The position numbers and the translations under genes were made by a program. Under the pieces are notes generated by a model. It did not search any database, was not told the DNA's origin, and saw only the letters and a program-made list of their open reading frames with translations. Shown here one piece after another: positions 1-9,710 of a stretch of DNA of 64,000 nt. How positions within the stretch are numbered: position 1 is the first letter of the stretch; each line of letters opens with the position of its first letter. This DNA is from Candidatus Omnitrophota bacterium (lineage in GTDB: Bacteria; Omnitrophota; Gorgyraeia; Zapsychrales; Fredricksoniimonadaceae). The DNA lies in NCBI GenBank assembly GCA_030650275.1, contig JAUSEK010000005.1:39307-103306 (forward strand), given 5' to 3'.

Positions 1-1881
1 TGTCCTAGGCCCAAAGACGAAGAGGCATTTGTCAAACAGGTGTGTTGTTCTGATCTTGCCATAGACGAAAAGAAAGGCGAATACATCCACTTTGGTGGTT
101 TTTATCATAAATACATATCCTTGAAAGTCCTGCCCGAGGCGACCTTCCCGGCCATGTTGGCACGGCTCGATCATCTATCATTCCCGGAATTTGACTTAGT
201 GGTCAATTTTGAGGCCCCGGAAAAAGAATGGGGCAGGACAAGAATTGAAAGTATGCGCAAGCGTGAGTACGGCAATATGCAGGGCATGTTCGGTATTATC
301 AATAAGGACGCGCAGACAAAGGTCAGCCAATACGAATACCTTCTTGAGGAAATTCAACAAAGCAATCAAAAGCTGTTTCGTATGCAGTTGACCGTTCATG
401 TCTATGCCGCGGAGTTTGAAGAAGTCAAAAAGAAAACAGCCGAGGTCATCCGGCTGTTTTCATCTTTGAATGGTACGGAAATGCACGATGAACGCTGGGG
501 TGCGGTCAAGCCGGTCTTTGTCAGCATCCTGCCCGGCTGGACCAAGGAGGCCTCCCGTTGGGTTTTGCTAAAGTCAGCGCACCTGGCCGATTTTATGCCG
601 TTTTTTTCCGAGTTTAAAGGAAGCGGCAAAGCCGAGTGCCTGTTTTACAACACGACTCATGGCCTTGCGGCCTATGATCCTTTTTCCGATGACCTGTCCG
701 CGTTTAATACGGTGGTTGTCGGGGCCTCCGGTTCGGGCAAAAGTTTTACGATAAACCAGATCATCAATCAATACAGCAAAAACGACCCCGTTGAGATCTT
801 CATAGACATTGGCGGCTCCTACAAACGTCAGGTCATTCTAAAAGGCGGTGAATACATTGACCTAGGGTTAAAAGAGAAGTTCACCATCAATCTTTTTGAT
901 CTTTCCGCAGGCAAAAAGTTATGTGACTTTAACGAAGAAGAACAAAACGAAATCCTCATCATCAAGACCAAGACCATTGAACAGATGATGGGTGGCGTGG
1001 CCCGCTTTAACGGCTCTGACCAGATCGTTGAAGATTACATTTTCCGTTCGATCCAACGGCTTTACAGAGCCGTTGAATATCCGGTTTTAAGTGATTTGAA
1101 AGGCGCTCTAAAAGCCACCTGCGAAGCTCATAAAACTCTCCAACAGTTTTATGAGCCGGTTGTCGGGCTTTTAGGCAATTGGTTTGCCGGCGGGCAATAT
1201 GGAAATTATACGGACGGTAAATCCACGATCTCTTTGGATAAAAGCGTCATTTGTTTTGACTTAAAAGGTCTTGAGAAATTCGAACGCCTGCAGGCGGTCA
1301 TGTTGACCATTGTTACCAATTTTGTTTGGGGCAAGATCATGAGTGAGCCGGGACGACGCAAATTTGTCATTTTTGATGAGTGCTGGAAACTTCTCTCCAC
1401 ACCGGAATCCGCCAAATTCATAGCGGAATGTTATCGGACATTCCGTAAATACGGGGCCGCGGCCATATCGGTTACACAGTCCTTGAATGATTTTCTATCC
1501 GGAGGCCTGGAGCATGCCATTTTGGGCAATTCCAACACACGCTTTATCTTAAGGCAAAACTCCATGCCTGCCGTTAAAGGCATTGTTGATTATTTTAATT
1601 TTAACGAGCAGGAACAGCGGCTCATTGAAACCTTGCAGATCAAGAAGGGTGAATATTCCGAGGTGTTCTTTTCCCAGTCAAAGCAGCTGCAGCACATAAG
1701 CGCCAAGATGGTCATATGCCCAACGCCTATTGAGTATTGGGTTGCCACAACGGACGCTATGGATCTCAATTATTACGAGAAGATCAAAATCAAGGGTCCG
1801 GCCTTGAATATGTATGAGGTATTACAGCAATGCGCCAAGGATTTCCCGCGCGGGGTGGGGTATGAGAAGACAAACTATTAA
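1..1881 (+). CDS. VirB4/TraC-family T4SS ATPase (5'-partial)
   Basis: Walker A GASGSGKS, Walker B VIFDECW, RTFRKYG and LGNSNTRFIL motifs; frame is open back to base 1. Confidence 0.9.
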   Translation, partial: CPRPKDEEAFVKQVCCSDLAIDEKKGEYIHFGGFYHKYISLKVLPEATFPAMLARLDHLSFPEFDLVVNFEAPEKEWGRTRIESMRKREYGNMQGMFGIINKDAQTKVSQYEYLLEEIQQSNQKLFRMQLTVHVYAAEFEEVKKKTAEVIRLFSSLNGTEMHDERWGAVKPVFVSILPGWTKEASRWVLLKSAHLADFMPFFSEFKGSGKAECLFYNTTHGLAAYDPFSDDLSAFNTVVVGASGSGKSFTINQIINQYSKNDPVEIFIDIGGSYKRQVILKGGEYIDLGLKEKFTINLFDLSAGKKLCDFNEEEQNEILIIKTKTIEQMMGGVARFNGSDQIVEDYIFRSIQRLYRAVEYPVLSDLKGALKATCEAHKTLQQFYEPVVGLLGNWFAGGQYGNYTDGKSTISLDKSVICFDLKGLEKFERLQAVMLTIVTNFVWGKIMSEPGRRKFVIFDECWKLLSTPESAKFIAECYRTFRKYGAAAISVTQSLNDFLSGGLEHAILGNSNTRFILRQNSMPAVKGIVDYFNFNEQEQRLIETLQIKKGEYSEVFFSQSKQLQHISAKMVICPTPIEYWVATTDAMDLNYYEKIKIKGPALNMYEVLQQCAKDFPRGVGYEKTNY

Positions 1882-1896
1882 CGAAAGGACGTTTTT

Positions 1897-2307
1897 ATGA
1901 TAGACAAATACCTTTATGCGGTTGGGTTAATCTGTTTATTAACCGCCGGTTGTACCATGCGCCAGGCAGGTTATACGGCCCTGGGCGCGGCCGCAGGTGG
2001 TGGTATCGGCTACTCCTTGCATCGTGACGGCAAAGAAGCGGCCATAGGGGGCCTGGCCGGGGCCTTGACCGGCAATCTGGCGGGTCAGTGGCAGGATAAA
2101 GCAGAGAAAACCAAGCATGACAAGGTTTATCAGGAAGGTTACAAGCAGGCCAGGGTGGATGTGGCCGTCAATGATTGGGAAACCAATACAGGAAAGGATT
2201 TATCCAAACGGGAGCCCAAGCGGCTGGTTAGCGTCATGGTCCCCAAGCGGGAGGAAAATAATGTCATTTACGACGCCCAGGAAGTCAAGGTAGAGGATTA
2301 CAGATGA
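1897..2307 (+). CDS. Glycine-zipper lipoprotein
   Basis: Lipobox LTAGC; GAAAGGGIG and GGLAGALTG glycine zippers; within the T4SS operon. Confidence 0.75.
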   Translation: MIDKYLYAVGLICLLTAGCTMRQAGYTALGAAAGGGIGYSLHRDGKEAAIGGLAGALTGNLAGQWQDKAEKTKHDKVYQEGYKQARVDVAVNDWETNTGKDLSKREPKRLVSVMVPKREENNVIYDAQEVKVEDYR

Positions 2308-3041
2308 AAAGATTTTTGTCTTTGGCTGTCTTTGTGTTTTTGGTTTATCCCCCGTCATATGCTGTGGCGACCCCTGATTCTACTGCGGCTATTCTGCACC
2401 AGACAGCCGTGCAAACAGCAGAACACCTGCAACGGTTAGCCGAGATAGTAAGAACCATTAAAACATTACAGGAACAAGTAACAAGTACGAGAGGATTACT
2501 GGAATTAGCCAAGCAATCAGCCCGGGGGGTGGATGGCATTGAATTGATCGGGGATTTTCATGATATCACTTTGGGAACGAATAGTGTTATCCGTAATGTT
2601 CAATCATATATGGGTTCGACAGAAAATCTGCCGGATCGTTGGAACAGACTTTTTGGTTCGTTGGATCTATGGGTTCGGGATGCTAATGACGTTTTTAGCA
2701 ATATTGACGTATCCGATAAAACAAATACAGCCGGGTATTTAATTGGGGATAGTTTTCAAGGCCTGTATGAGAAGAATTCCAATATGGTGTCTCAATTTGT
2801 TGAAAATTCCAAACAGGTCAGCGAGAAGGGGGCCTTAAAGCAAATTGCTCAGCAAATGGCCCAATTGATACAGATGGAGAACAATAACATGTACCTTTTA
2901 GCTCAAATACTTAAAAGTCAGAGCATCGAATCCTCTAATGACAATTTGAAACGTAAAGAAGAAGCCATAAAATTTGAGCAGGAGAATCAGGGTATTAAGG
3001 CCTTTAGGGGACTTGTGGACGATAAAACTTTTGGGATTTAA
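2304..3041 (+). CDS. TrbJ/VirB5-like secreted conjugation protein
   Basis: Signal peptide, helical Q-rich sequence, position between VirB4 and the VirB6-like gene. Confidence 0.55.
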   Translation: MKRFLSLAVFVFLVYPPSYAVATPDSTAAILHQTAVQTAEHLQRLAEIVRTIKTLQEQVTSTRGLLELAKQSARGVDGIELIGDFHDITLGTNSVIRNVQSYMGSTENLPDRWNRLFGSLDLWVRDANDVFSNIDVSDKTNTAGYLIGDSFQGLYEKNSNMVSQFVENSKQVSEKGALKQIAQQMAQLIQMENNNMYLLAQILKSQSIESSNDNLKRKEEAIKFEQENQGIKAFRGLVDDKTFGI

Positions 3042-3045
3042 AGAT

Positions 3046-3957
3046 ATGGACGTAGTGCTTTCAGCGGTCAAGACAGATTTAAACAGAGTTCTCGATGCCG
3101 GGCAGTATATGCTGGTTTCATTTTTCTTGTTGGCGGTATTTGTCAATTACGTTGGGATTTTATCCCGCAGCATTAATTGGGCGGATGTGGTTCTTCGGTT
3201 GGCAATCGGCTTTGTTCTTTTACAGAACTATGTTTGGATCATGGACACCACACGCAATATCGTGGCAAGTGTCGATGAAATGCTTAACCCGAACCAGGAT
3301 TTTATCAGCCAATATGCCGCCATGAGTGACAATATCTGGAAACTTCACGAGGCATCTACTCGGCCGAGCATTGTTTCACAAATCAAATTTATATTTAGCT
3401 CGGCAATTTTTCATAATCTGATCATTAACTTTTCCTTCCTTTTTTATGCGCTCATTGCCAAAGTCATGGAAGCGGTGCGGTATTCCTTGATCGCGATCTT
3501 GTATAAATTGGGGCCGGCGCTTATACCTTTTGTTTTGTTTCGACCAATGACCAATGTGGTCAAGGGTTGGTTTACCAGTTATGTTTCAATTCTTTGTTGG
3601 CCGATCCTTTGGCATATTGCTTTAGGTATAGCCGTTGGTGTAAGCGGCAATACTCATAGCGTAGAGCAATTTGCTTGTACCAATTTTGCCGTGTGTTTTG
3701 TGCTGGTTTTCTCGCCATTGATCATCAATGGTCTTATTGCCGGCATAGGAGCAAGCTCCACATCGGTCTTGGCGGGCTTTATGTCCTCCAAGTCGGCCGC
3801 CAGTTTTATGACCGCGGCTGGGCAAGTTGGAGTTGCAGTTGTGGCATCCAGGGTTGTCGGGCCGCTTATCCAGAAATTGCCCGGTTCCCCTACAACCGCG
3901 ACAGGCAAATTTAAGGATTTGATGCTGGGGCAAAAAGGCAAAGGAGTAAAGCCATGA
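3046..3957 (+). CDS. VirB6/TrbL-like polytopic membrane protein
   Basis: Several TM segments, LGP..IPF..F...W motif, A/G-rich tail; ATG 3046 chosen because it follows the previous stop. Confidence 0.7.
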   Translation: MDVVLSAVKTDLNRVLDAGQYMLVSFFLLAVFVNYVGILSRSINWADVVLRLAIGFVLLQNYVWIMDTTRNIVASVDEMLNPNQDFISQYAAMSDNIWKLHEASTRPSIVSQIKFIFSSAIFHNLIINFSFLFYALIAKVMEAVRYSLIAILYKLGPALIPFVLFRPMTNVVKGWFTSYVSILCWPILWHIALGIAVGVSGNTHSVEQFACTNFAVCFVLVFSPLIINGLIAGIGASSTSVLAGFMSSKSAASFMTAAGQVGVAVVASRVVGPLIQKLPGSPTTATGKFKDLMLGQKGKGVKP

Positions 3958-4535
3958 GTGAACTTGTTTTTAACCGCGTCATCTTGGAAAAACATAACCG
4001 TGTTTTGACTTGGGGCTTGATGATCTTGCTGGGGCTTAATTTGATCTTCGTTTTTTGGTTTATGCGGGCTTCGGGTCAGCCGCCGCTGATTGTTTTTGCG
4101 AAAGACGGCCAGCTGGAAGTCCTCAAATCCAGAGACCTTAAGATGGACGAGGCGTTCTTGAAGGATTTTGTAAAAATGGTCACTGGACAATACTTGTCCT
4201 TTAGCGTTTCGTCCTTGCCTAAACAGATCGAAGGTATCAAGCCATACCTGGCCCCTAAGTCAGCTGAAACCATCCTTGCTTCTTTCAAAAATAATCAGAC
4301 AGTCATCGAAAAAGAAAGCATTTCTCAGCAATTTGTGATCAATGCCATTGCCATCACCAAGAAAACGGATCCTTTCTGGGTAGAGGTCGAGGGTACAAGA
4401 AACATCCGTGCTTCCGGCAATGACAAAAGTGCCGCTGTTACATATATCCTTGAGATCAAGAAAATAAAACCCAGCGAAGAAAACCCTTACGGTTTATTGA
4501 TGACCGATATTATTGAGAAAGGACAAACAAAATGA
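3954..4535 (+). CDS. VirB8/TraE-like protein
   Basis: Single N-terminal TM and C-terminal ENPYGL motif typical of VirB8. Confidence 0.7.
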   Translation: MSELVFNRVILEKHNRVLTWGLMILLGLNLIFVFWFMRASGQPPLIVFAKDGQLEVLKSRDLKMDEAFLKDFVKMVTGQYLSFSVSSLPKQIEGIKPYLAPKSAETILASFKNNQTVIEKESISQQFVINAIAITKKTDPFWVEVEGTRNIRASGNDKSAAVTYILEIKKIKPSEENPYGLLMTDIIEKGQTK

Positions 4536-5356
4536 AAACCTTAATGCTCATCACGTTCATGCTTTTATCCGGATCGCTTTGGGCCAATCAGGATAACCGT
4601 TACTTGCAGACAGGCAAGGTGCAATACGAGACCCCGCTGGAAGAAGACGTGCTCAAGGTCAACACGGCTTTAGGATATTGCACGGTCTTGGAGTTTGCAG
4701 AAAAGCCCATGCTGGTAACGGTGGGGGACAATTCACTGATCCAGGTGGAAATTCCCCAGAACTCCAAAAGCGTTGTCATTAAACCCATGCAAGAGGCCGG
4801 GGAGACAAACCTGTTCGTTTTTACCCCAAGCCAGCGGTTTAATTATAACGTGGTCATAGGTAGTCCGGCCCAGGTGGACTATGTTCTGGATTCCAGGCAA
4901 GCCCTCAAGGACAAGGGCAAAAGCCATAGCCGATTATCGCTGGGAACTGTTTTGAAGATGGCAAGGTCCTATGCGGGCTTAAAGTCATTGGGCGTTATCA
5001 ATCAGCGTGAATTTATCCAGAAAGACATTTTTAATCAATGCTCCTATCCGTGGGTGAGTATTGATTTTCTTGAGGTCTTTGCCAACAAAGACCCGCATTA
5101 TCTGGTGTTTCATATCGTCGTCCATAACCTGGCAGATGAAACCCTCAATTTGAAGGAAGAAAATGCCAGTATCCTTGTCAATGACCAGAAGTTTATTCCT
5201 CAATATGTCCTGTTTGATAACGATCGGTTAGCTCCATCGAGTAAAACCGACGGCTGGCTGGTTTTGGAGAACAGTTTTGTGTCCATAGACAATAAGTTTT
5301 CTTTAAGCGTTGGGGTGGGGGACGAAGAATATGTCTGCAAACAATCCGTTTCTTAA
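4532..5356 (+). CDS. VirB9/TraK-like outer-membrane core protein
   Basis: Signal peptide, beta-rich ETNLFVFT segment, position before VirB10. Confidence 0.6.
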   Translation: MKTLMLITFMLLSGSLWANQDNRYLQTGKVQYETPLEEDVLKVNTALGYCTVLEFAEKPMLVTVGDNSLIQVEIPQNSKSVVIKPMQEAGETNLFVFTPSQRFNYNVVIGSPAQVDYVLDSRQALKDKGKSHSRLSLGTVLKMARSYAGLKSLGVINQREFIQKDIFNQCSYPWVSIDFLEVFANKDPHYLVFHIVVHNLADETLNLKEENASILVNDQKFIPQYVLFDNDRLAPSSKTDGWLVLENSFVSIDNKFSLSVGVGDEEYVCKQSVS

Positions 5357-6266
5357 AACAGATAACACAGGCAAACGTCAGCCAACGTTTTTTACTTGCG
5401 CTTTGATCGGTCTATTTATTTTTGGTTCCTATTTTATTTCAACAGGCAAAAAGCCCATCAAACATGAAGCCAAACAGACGATCATCAAAGAAAAAGACAT
5501 CATTGAAGCCGCCAACAACACCAAACCCCTTACGGATGAAGGAAAAGCGTTCAAATTCGACTACAGCCAGCTTTTAAAACCACCCGAAGTCAAGCAAACC
5601 GTCCTGGTCCCGATAACCCCGCCGCCGGTGAGCAAACGCATTTCCCCCATAAACACAAAAATCATTGTTTTTGACAATACCAAAGATTATCAGACCAATT
5701 GGGTGGTGCCATTAGGAAGTATGATCAAGTGCCTGTTAATCCACAATATCGTCACCAATAACTTTGAAGCTCCGGTGATCGCCCAGGTATGGGAGGACTT
5801 TTACTTTGATGGCAAATTGCTTTTACCCTTTGGGACACGGATCTACGGGACCGCTTCTGTCGGAAAACAAAGGGACAGGGTGACGGTACGTTTTGACAAT
5901 ATTGTTTTTCAGGATGGCAAGACAGTCAAGATCAATGCCATTGGTTTAAGCAAGGATGGCTCCGGTGGTTTGACCGGTACGGTCATTGATGAGCACAACA
6001 AGCAGACTTTTATTCAAATGGCGCTTAATTTTTTAAGTGGTATGGCATTGGGGTTACAGCAGACGGCCACCAATCAGGTCACAGGCATTAGTGAGATTGA
6101 AGCCAGTTCCCGCAATGCCATACTAAACGGCGCGGCTAATACTTTTCAAAGTGAAGCGGGACGCATTAAAGCCGACGCAGAAAACGCCAAAGGATATGCC
6201 ATTGTCCTGGCCGGCAGTGATCTGATTGTTTATTTCACGAAAGAAGCTGACGTTCAAGGGGGATAG
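5331..6266 (+). CDS. VirB10/TrbI-like protein
   Basis: TM plus Pro-rich linker; VPLGSMI, LLPFGTRIYG, DGSGGLTG motifs. Confidence 0.85.
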   Translation: MSANNPFLKTDNTGKRQPTFFTCALIGLFIFGSYFISTGKKPIKHEAKQTIIKEKDIIEAANNTKPLTDEGKAFKFDYSQLLKPPEVKQTVLVPITPPPVSKRISPINTKIIVFDNTKDYQTNWVVPLGSMIKCLLIHNIVTNNFEAPVIAQVWEDFYFDGKLLLPFGTRIYGTASVGKQRDRVTVRFDNIVFQDGKTVKINAIGLSKDGSGGLTGTVIDEHNKQTFIQMALNFLSGMALGLQQTATNQVTGISEIEASSRNAILNGAANTFQSEAGRIKADAENAKGYAIVLAGSDLIVYFTKEADVQGG

Positions 6267-6268
6267 AC

Positions 6269-6535
6269 ATGTCTTTGAAATTCGTGTCCTTATTATTTGT
6301 GATTGTCTTAAGCGGATGCGCTACCTGGGATGATCCTGACTTTAGTAAAACTTTGATTCCGTTCCCCGAACGACAGGCAGAAAAACACAAAGAGGAAAAG
6401 GCCTGGGTTGAGGCCAAGACCAGCCGGGCGTGGGTCAATGCTCATGTGGATGAGAACAGTGATCTTGTGGAAGGTCATTATAAACACATTGTGATAGAGG
6501 CCGGACATTGGGCGGTTAAGCCAGATGGAAAATAA
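6269..6535 (+). CDS. Small lipoprotein, VirB7/TraV-like
   Basis: Lipobox LSGC; RAWVNAHVD..LVEGH resembles the TraV C-terminus. Confidence 0.6.
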   Translation: MSLKFVSLLFVIVLSGCATWDDPDFSKTLIPFPERQAEKHKEEKAWVEAKTSRAWVNAHVDENSDLVEGHYKHIVIEAGHWAVKPDGK

Positions 6536-8279
6536 TAAAGAAAATAACACAGAGAATACCCGTGACTTTGGCCTTCTTGCCCTGATTTTCTTAGTAATTC
6601 TCTACCGTAAATACGGTGAGTGGGTCCAGGCAAAACTACAAGAGCCGTATTCTTTAGTATTGCTTGGATTGGCGGTGGCCTTGGCATTAGGACTGCTTTG
6701 GTGTACAGGGCACTACATCGAGAAATTAAGGAATCGTTTCAATATGTGGCGACTGGGCATTAAGCCCGCAAAAGATATAGCGTTTCCTTTTTATATTTTT
6801 GATCTACCAAAGCAATTGAAAGCCCTTTACCAGAAGGGGAATAATCTCGACATGACTCTTTTAGGAATGAATGCCGAAAAACGGAATAAAGAAATGGTCA
6901 CCGTTTCCGATATTCAGCGAAGCCAGCATTTACAAATTCTAGGAATGACCGGCACAGGCAAGACCTCAGGGGTTTTCTTGCCTTTGATCTATCAGGACGC
7001 CTTGAAAAATCGTCCTGTTATCATCCTTGATGCCAAAGGAGAGTTATCATCCATTTACCAGCTTCATGCCATGCTGGCTTCTATTGGCAGGGCTGATGAT
7101 TTTTTGCTGTTCTCGTTGGCGTACAAAGATATTTCCTGTACGTATAATCCGCTATTCGTGGGGGAGTGTGATCCCCAGATCGTCATAGATGCTTTTTTAA
7201 GTAATTTTCAAGATGACAATTCGTTTTATAGGGAAATGTCTAAAACGATATTCACAAATGCTTTTTACATTTTGCATTCGCTGGGCAAGCCTTTTACGGT
7301 CTTAGATATTTATGCTTATTTGACCAAACCATCCTGCTATAGCTTTATTAATAAACAGATCACAGACAAACACGGAAAAGGGATGACGCATTTAAAGTTA
7401 CTGGAAGGATTGATCGAGCGTTTGAAGAACCAGCAAAATGGATTGGAAAATGTGATCGCGGGTTTTACCAACTATCTTTTTGCCCACCAGGACAGCACCC
7501 TCAATGACCCTGACAGCGATATTGTTTTAACTGATGCGATAAGACAACGGAAAATTGTGTATTTTCAGCTTCCGACGAATTCTTATCCCATCCAGGCTAT
7601 AAGTATCGCCCGCATGGTACAGGCGAATTTGCGCTATATTTCTTCACTTATTCAAACAGGACAAATACCAAAAAATACATTGGTTAGTATTGTCATTGAT
7701 GAATACGCTTCATTCGCCGAAGAGTCTTTTGTTGAGGTATTAAACAAGGCCCGCAGCAGCGGGATGATGGTGACCATAGCGCATCAAAGTTTAAGCGATT
7801 TAAAAGCCATATCCGTAACGTTCATGAAACGTATTGACGAAAATACTCTCAATAAAATTTATCTTAGGCAAACCGACCCGGAACTTTGCGAATTGATAGC
7901 CAAAAGCATGGGTACATACCTTAAAGAAGAAAAAACATACCGGATGACTGCGGGTAAGTTTGGTAATCAAATTTACAGCGGAGAATCGTCCAACCGTGTG
8001 GTCAATGAGTTTCACTTTCCGCCGGATAAAATCAAGAATTTGCATAAATTTGGCCAAGGATATTTTATTTATAGGGGAGACAACAGCCAGAAGTGCGTTA
8101 ACTTGGGACATTTTGTTGATATGCCGGAATTGCAGTATAAGAGAAAAGAAAAAAAGAATAAAAGAGGTGGATTGCGGTTATTTGAGAAATACTATCTTAA
8201 TTCGGCAAAGCCAAAATTGGAAAAACCTGAGAAAGATAATAAAGAAGATGGCGGAGCAAGGCCGCACATCGGAGATTGA
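6525..8279 (+). CDS. VirD4/TraD-type coupling protein
   Basis: Two N-terminal TMs, Walker A GMTGTGKT, LDAKG, Walker B IVIDE, KARSSG, HQS. Confidence 0.9.
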   Translation: MENNKENNTENTRDFGLLALIFLVILYRKYGEWVQAKLQEPYSLVLLGLAVALALGLLWCTGHYIEKLRNRFNMWRLGIKPAKDIAFPFYIFDLPKQLKALYQKGNNLDMTLLGMNAEKRNKEMVTVSDIQRSQHLQILGMTGTGKTSGVFLPLIYQDALKNRPVIILDAKGELSSIYQLHAMLASIGRADDFLLFSLAYKDISCTYNPLFVGECDPQIVIDAFLSNFQDDNSFYREMSKTIFTNAFYILHSLGKPFTVLDIYAYLTKPSCYSFINKQITDKHGKGMTHLKLLEGLIERLKNQQNGLENVIAGFTNYLFAHQDSTLNDPDSDIVLTDAIRQRKIVYFQLPTNSYPIQAISIARMVQANLRYISSLIQTGQIPKNTLVSIVIDEYASFAEESFVEVLNKARSSGMMVTIAHQSLSDLKAISVTFMKRIDENTLNKIYLRQTDPELCELIAKSMGTYLKEEKTYRMTAGKFGNQIYSGESSNRVVNEFHFPPDKIKNLHKFGQGYFIYRGDNSQKCVNLGHFVDMPELQYKRKEKKNKRGGLRLFEKYYLNSAKPKLEKPEKDNKEDGGARPHIGD

Positions 8280-8300
8280 TTTCTACAAAGGACTGGTCAT

Positions 8301-8498
8301 ATGGGTTTTGCAATACTTGAAAAGCGTTATTTAGGAATGGTAGAATGTTCTGAATATATAGGTATTAGCAAGGGGACCCTTTATGTATGGGTGTGTCATA
8401 AAAGAATTCCTTACATAAAAGTTGGAAGACTGGTAAAATTTGATCTGAAAGTTATAGAAGCATGGCTCAAAGAAAATTCTGTAGCAAAATTGAATTGA
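8301..8498 (+). CDS. Excisionase-like HTH protein
   Basis: EYIGISKGTLYVWV..RIPYIKVGRLVKF matches the Xis/HTH_17 pattern. Confidence 0.85.
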   Translation: MGFAILEKRYLGMVECSEYIGISKGTLYVWVCHKRIPYIKVGRLVKFDLKVIEAWLKENSVAKLN

Positions 8499-8538
8499 TT
8501 TTACCACTTACTGACTTCCTCTTTAGCATAGAAGCCGA

Positions 8539-8605
8539 TTGACAAGTTTATTTTTGTCAGATATACTATGTCCAGATATATGGACGTATATCCATTTAAC
8601 TGGAC
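8539..8605 (+). promoter_or_regulatory. Sigma70 promoter with two downstream palindromic operators
   Basis: TTGACA(8539)-17 nt-TATACT(8562); GTCCA-N6-TGGAC at 8570-8585 and TCCA-N6-TGGA at 8591-8604. Confidence 0.75.
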
Positions 8606-8611
8606 AACAAA

Positions 8612-9232
8612 ATGAGATTTAATAAGCCCCTCAACCATATTTTAGACAGCCAGACAAAAACTATTTGTTTGCGACTGCTTTGTAACCATCCTACTGAAAT
8701 AAACGGCAGGCAATTATCAAAGATTGTTAAGCTGTCGCCCACAACTGTTCATAAGGCCATGAAGGAATTAGCTAATGAACAGATCATTATTCTAAAGAAT
8801 TATGGAAATTCTCATGTATATGAGTTAAATAAAGACAATAGGATTGTAGCGGAGATATTAAAACCCATGTTTAATAAAGAAAAAATACTGTTAGACAGCT
8901 TTATAAAAAACATTGTTCGGGGTATTAAAAGATCTGGATTTATAAATTCAATCTTTTCAATAGTGCTTTTTGGCAGCGTACAAAAAGGGACCGAAAAGCC
9001 CGGCAGCGATATAGATTTATGTGTTGTGGTCAAAGAACAAAAGGATAAAAAAAGGGTAGAAAATCTAATATTTAATATGAATTCCGGTTTAATGATCCCC
9101 CTAGGCATGGGTATTGAGCCTTACGTTAAGACTATCAGTGAATTTAAAAAAGATAAGGGATTGGGCGTTATTAAATCAATATTAAAATCTCATCGAATTG
9201 TGTGGGGTGAACGATTGGAGGGGGTAGTATGA
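8612..9232 (+). CDS. HTH plus minimal nucleotidyltransferase (MNT antitoxin)
   Basis: N-terminal winged HTH; LFGSVQKGTEKPGSDIDL fits GS-X10-DXD. Confidence 0.85.
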   Translation: MRFNKPLNHILDSQTKTICLRLLCNHPTEINGRQLSKIVKLSPTTVHKAMKELANEQIIILKNYGNSHVYELNKDNRIVAEILKPMFNKEKILLDSFIKNIVRGIKRSGFINSIFSIVLFGSVQKGTEKPGSDIDLCVVVKEQKDKKRVENLIFNMNSGLMIPLGMGIEPYVKTISEFKKDKGLGVIKSILKSHRIVWGERLEGVV

Positions 9233-9636
9233 GCGCGAAATCTTTAAAAAGTATCTATGTTTCTCAAAATGGGTATAAAGGTTTCCAAAATAAAGCCAAT
9301 GATTTCTATCAAGTAATGCGATTATCGCTAGACGCTGGATTATGGAACGGAGTAGGTTTAAATGCGGCGCATTGTGTTATCTCCTTAAATGATGCTTTAA
9401 CAGTCTACTTTTTGAGGAAAAGATTTAGTGGAGATGATCATCGGCATGCATCCCAGTTGCTCTCGCAAATACCCATTGATGGAGTTAAGCAATACGTTAA
9501 TGCGTATGATAAAATAATTTCTAAGAAACATATGGTTGCTTATGAAGAACGTGAATTCAGACAATCCGAAGCATTGGAGATTGTTAAACAAACAGAAAGA
9601 TTTTATCAGTGGGGCGTAGGTCAATTGCCACATTGA
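9229..9636 (+). CDS. HEPN-domain protein (putative toxin)
   Basis: Size, ATGA overlap with the MNT gene, RFSGDDH and KKHMVAY motifs. Confidence 0.75.
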   Translation: MSAKSLKSIYVSQNGYKGFQNKANDFYQVMRLSLDAGLWNGVGLNAAHCVISLNDALTVYFLRKRFSGDDHRHASQLLSQIPIDGVKQYVNAYDKIISKKHMVAYEEREFRQSEALEIVKQTERFYQWGVGQLPH

Positions 9637-9710
9637 GAGATGTTGTATGCAAAACGATGTCCATAGCTTCAATAGTATATGCAAAATGAAGTTATAAAAG
9701 GTTGAATAAT

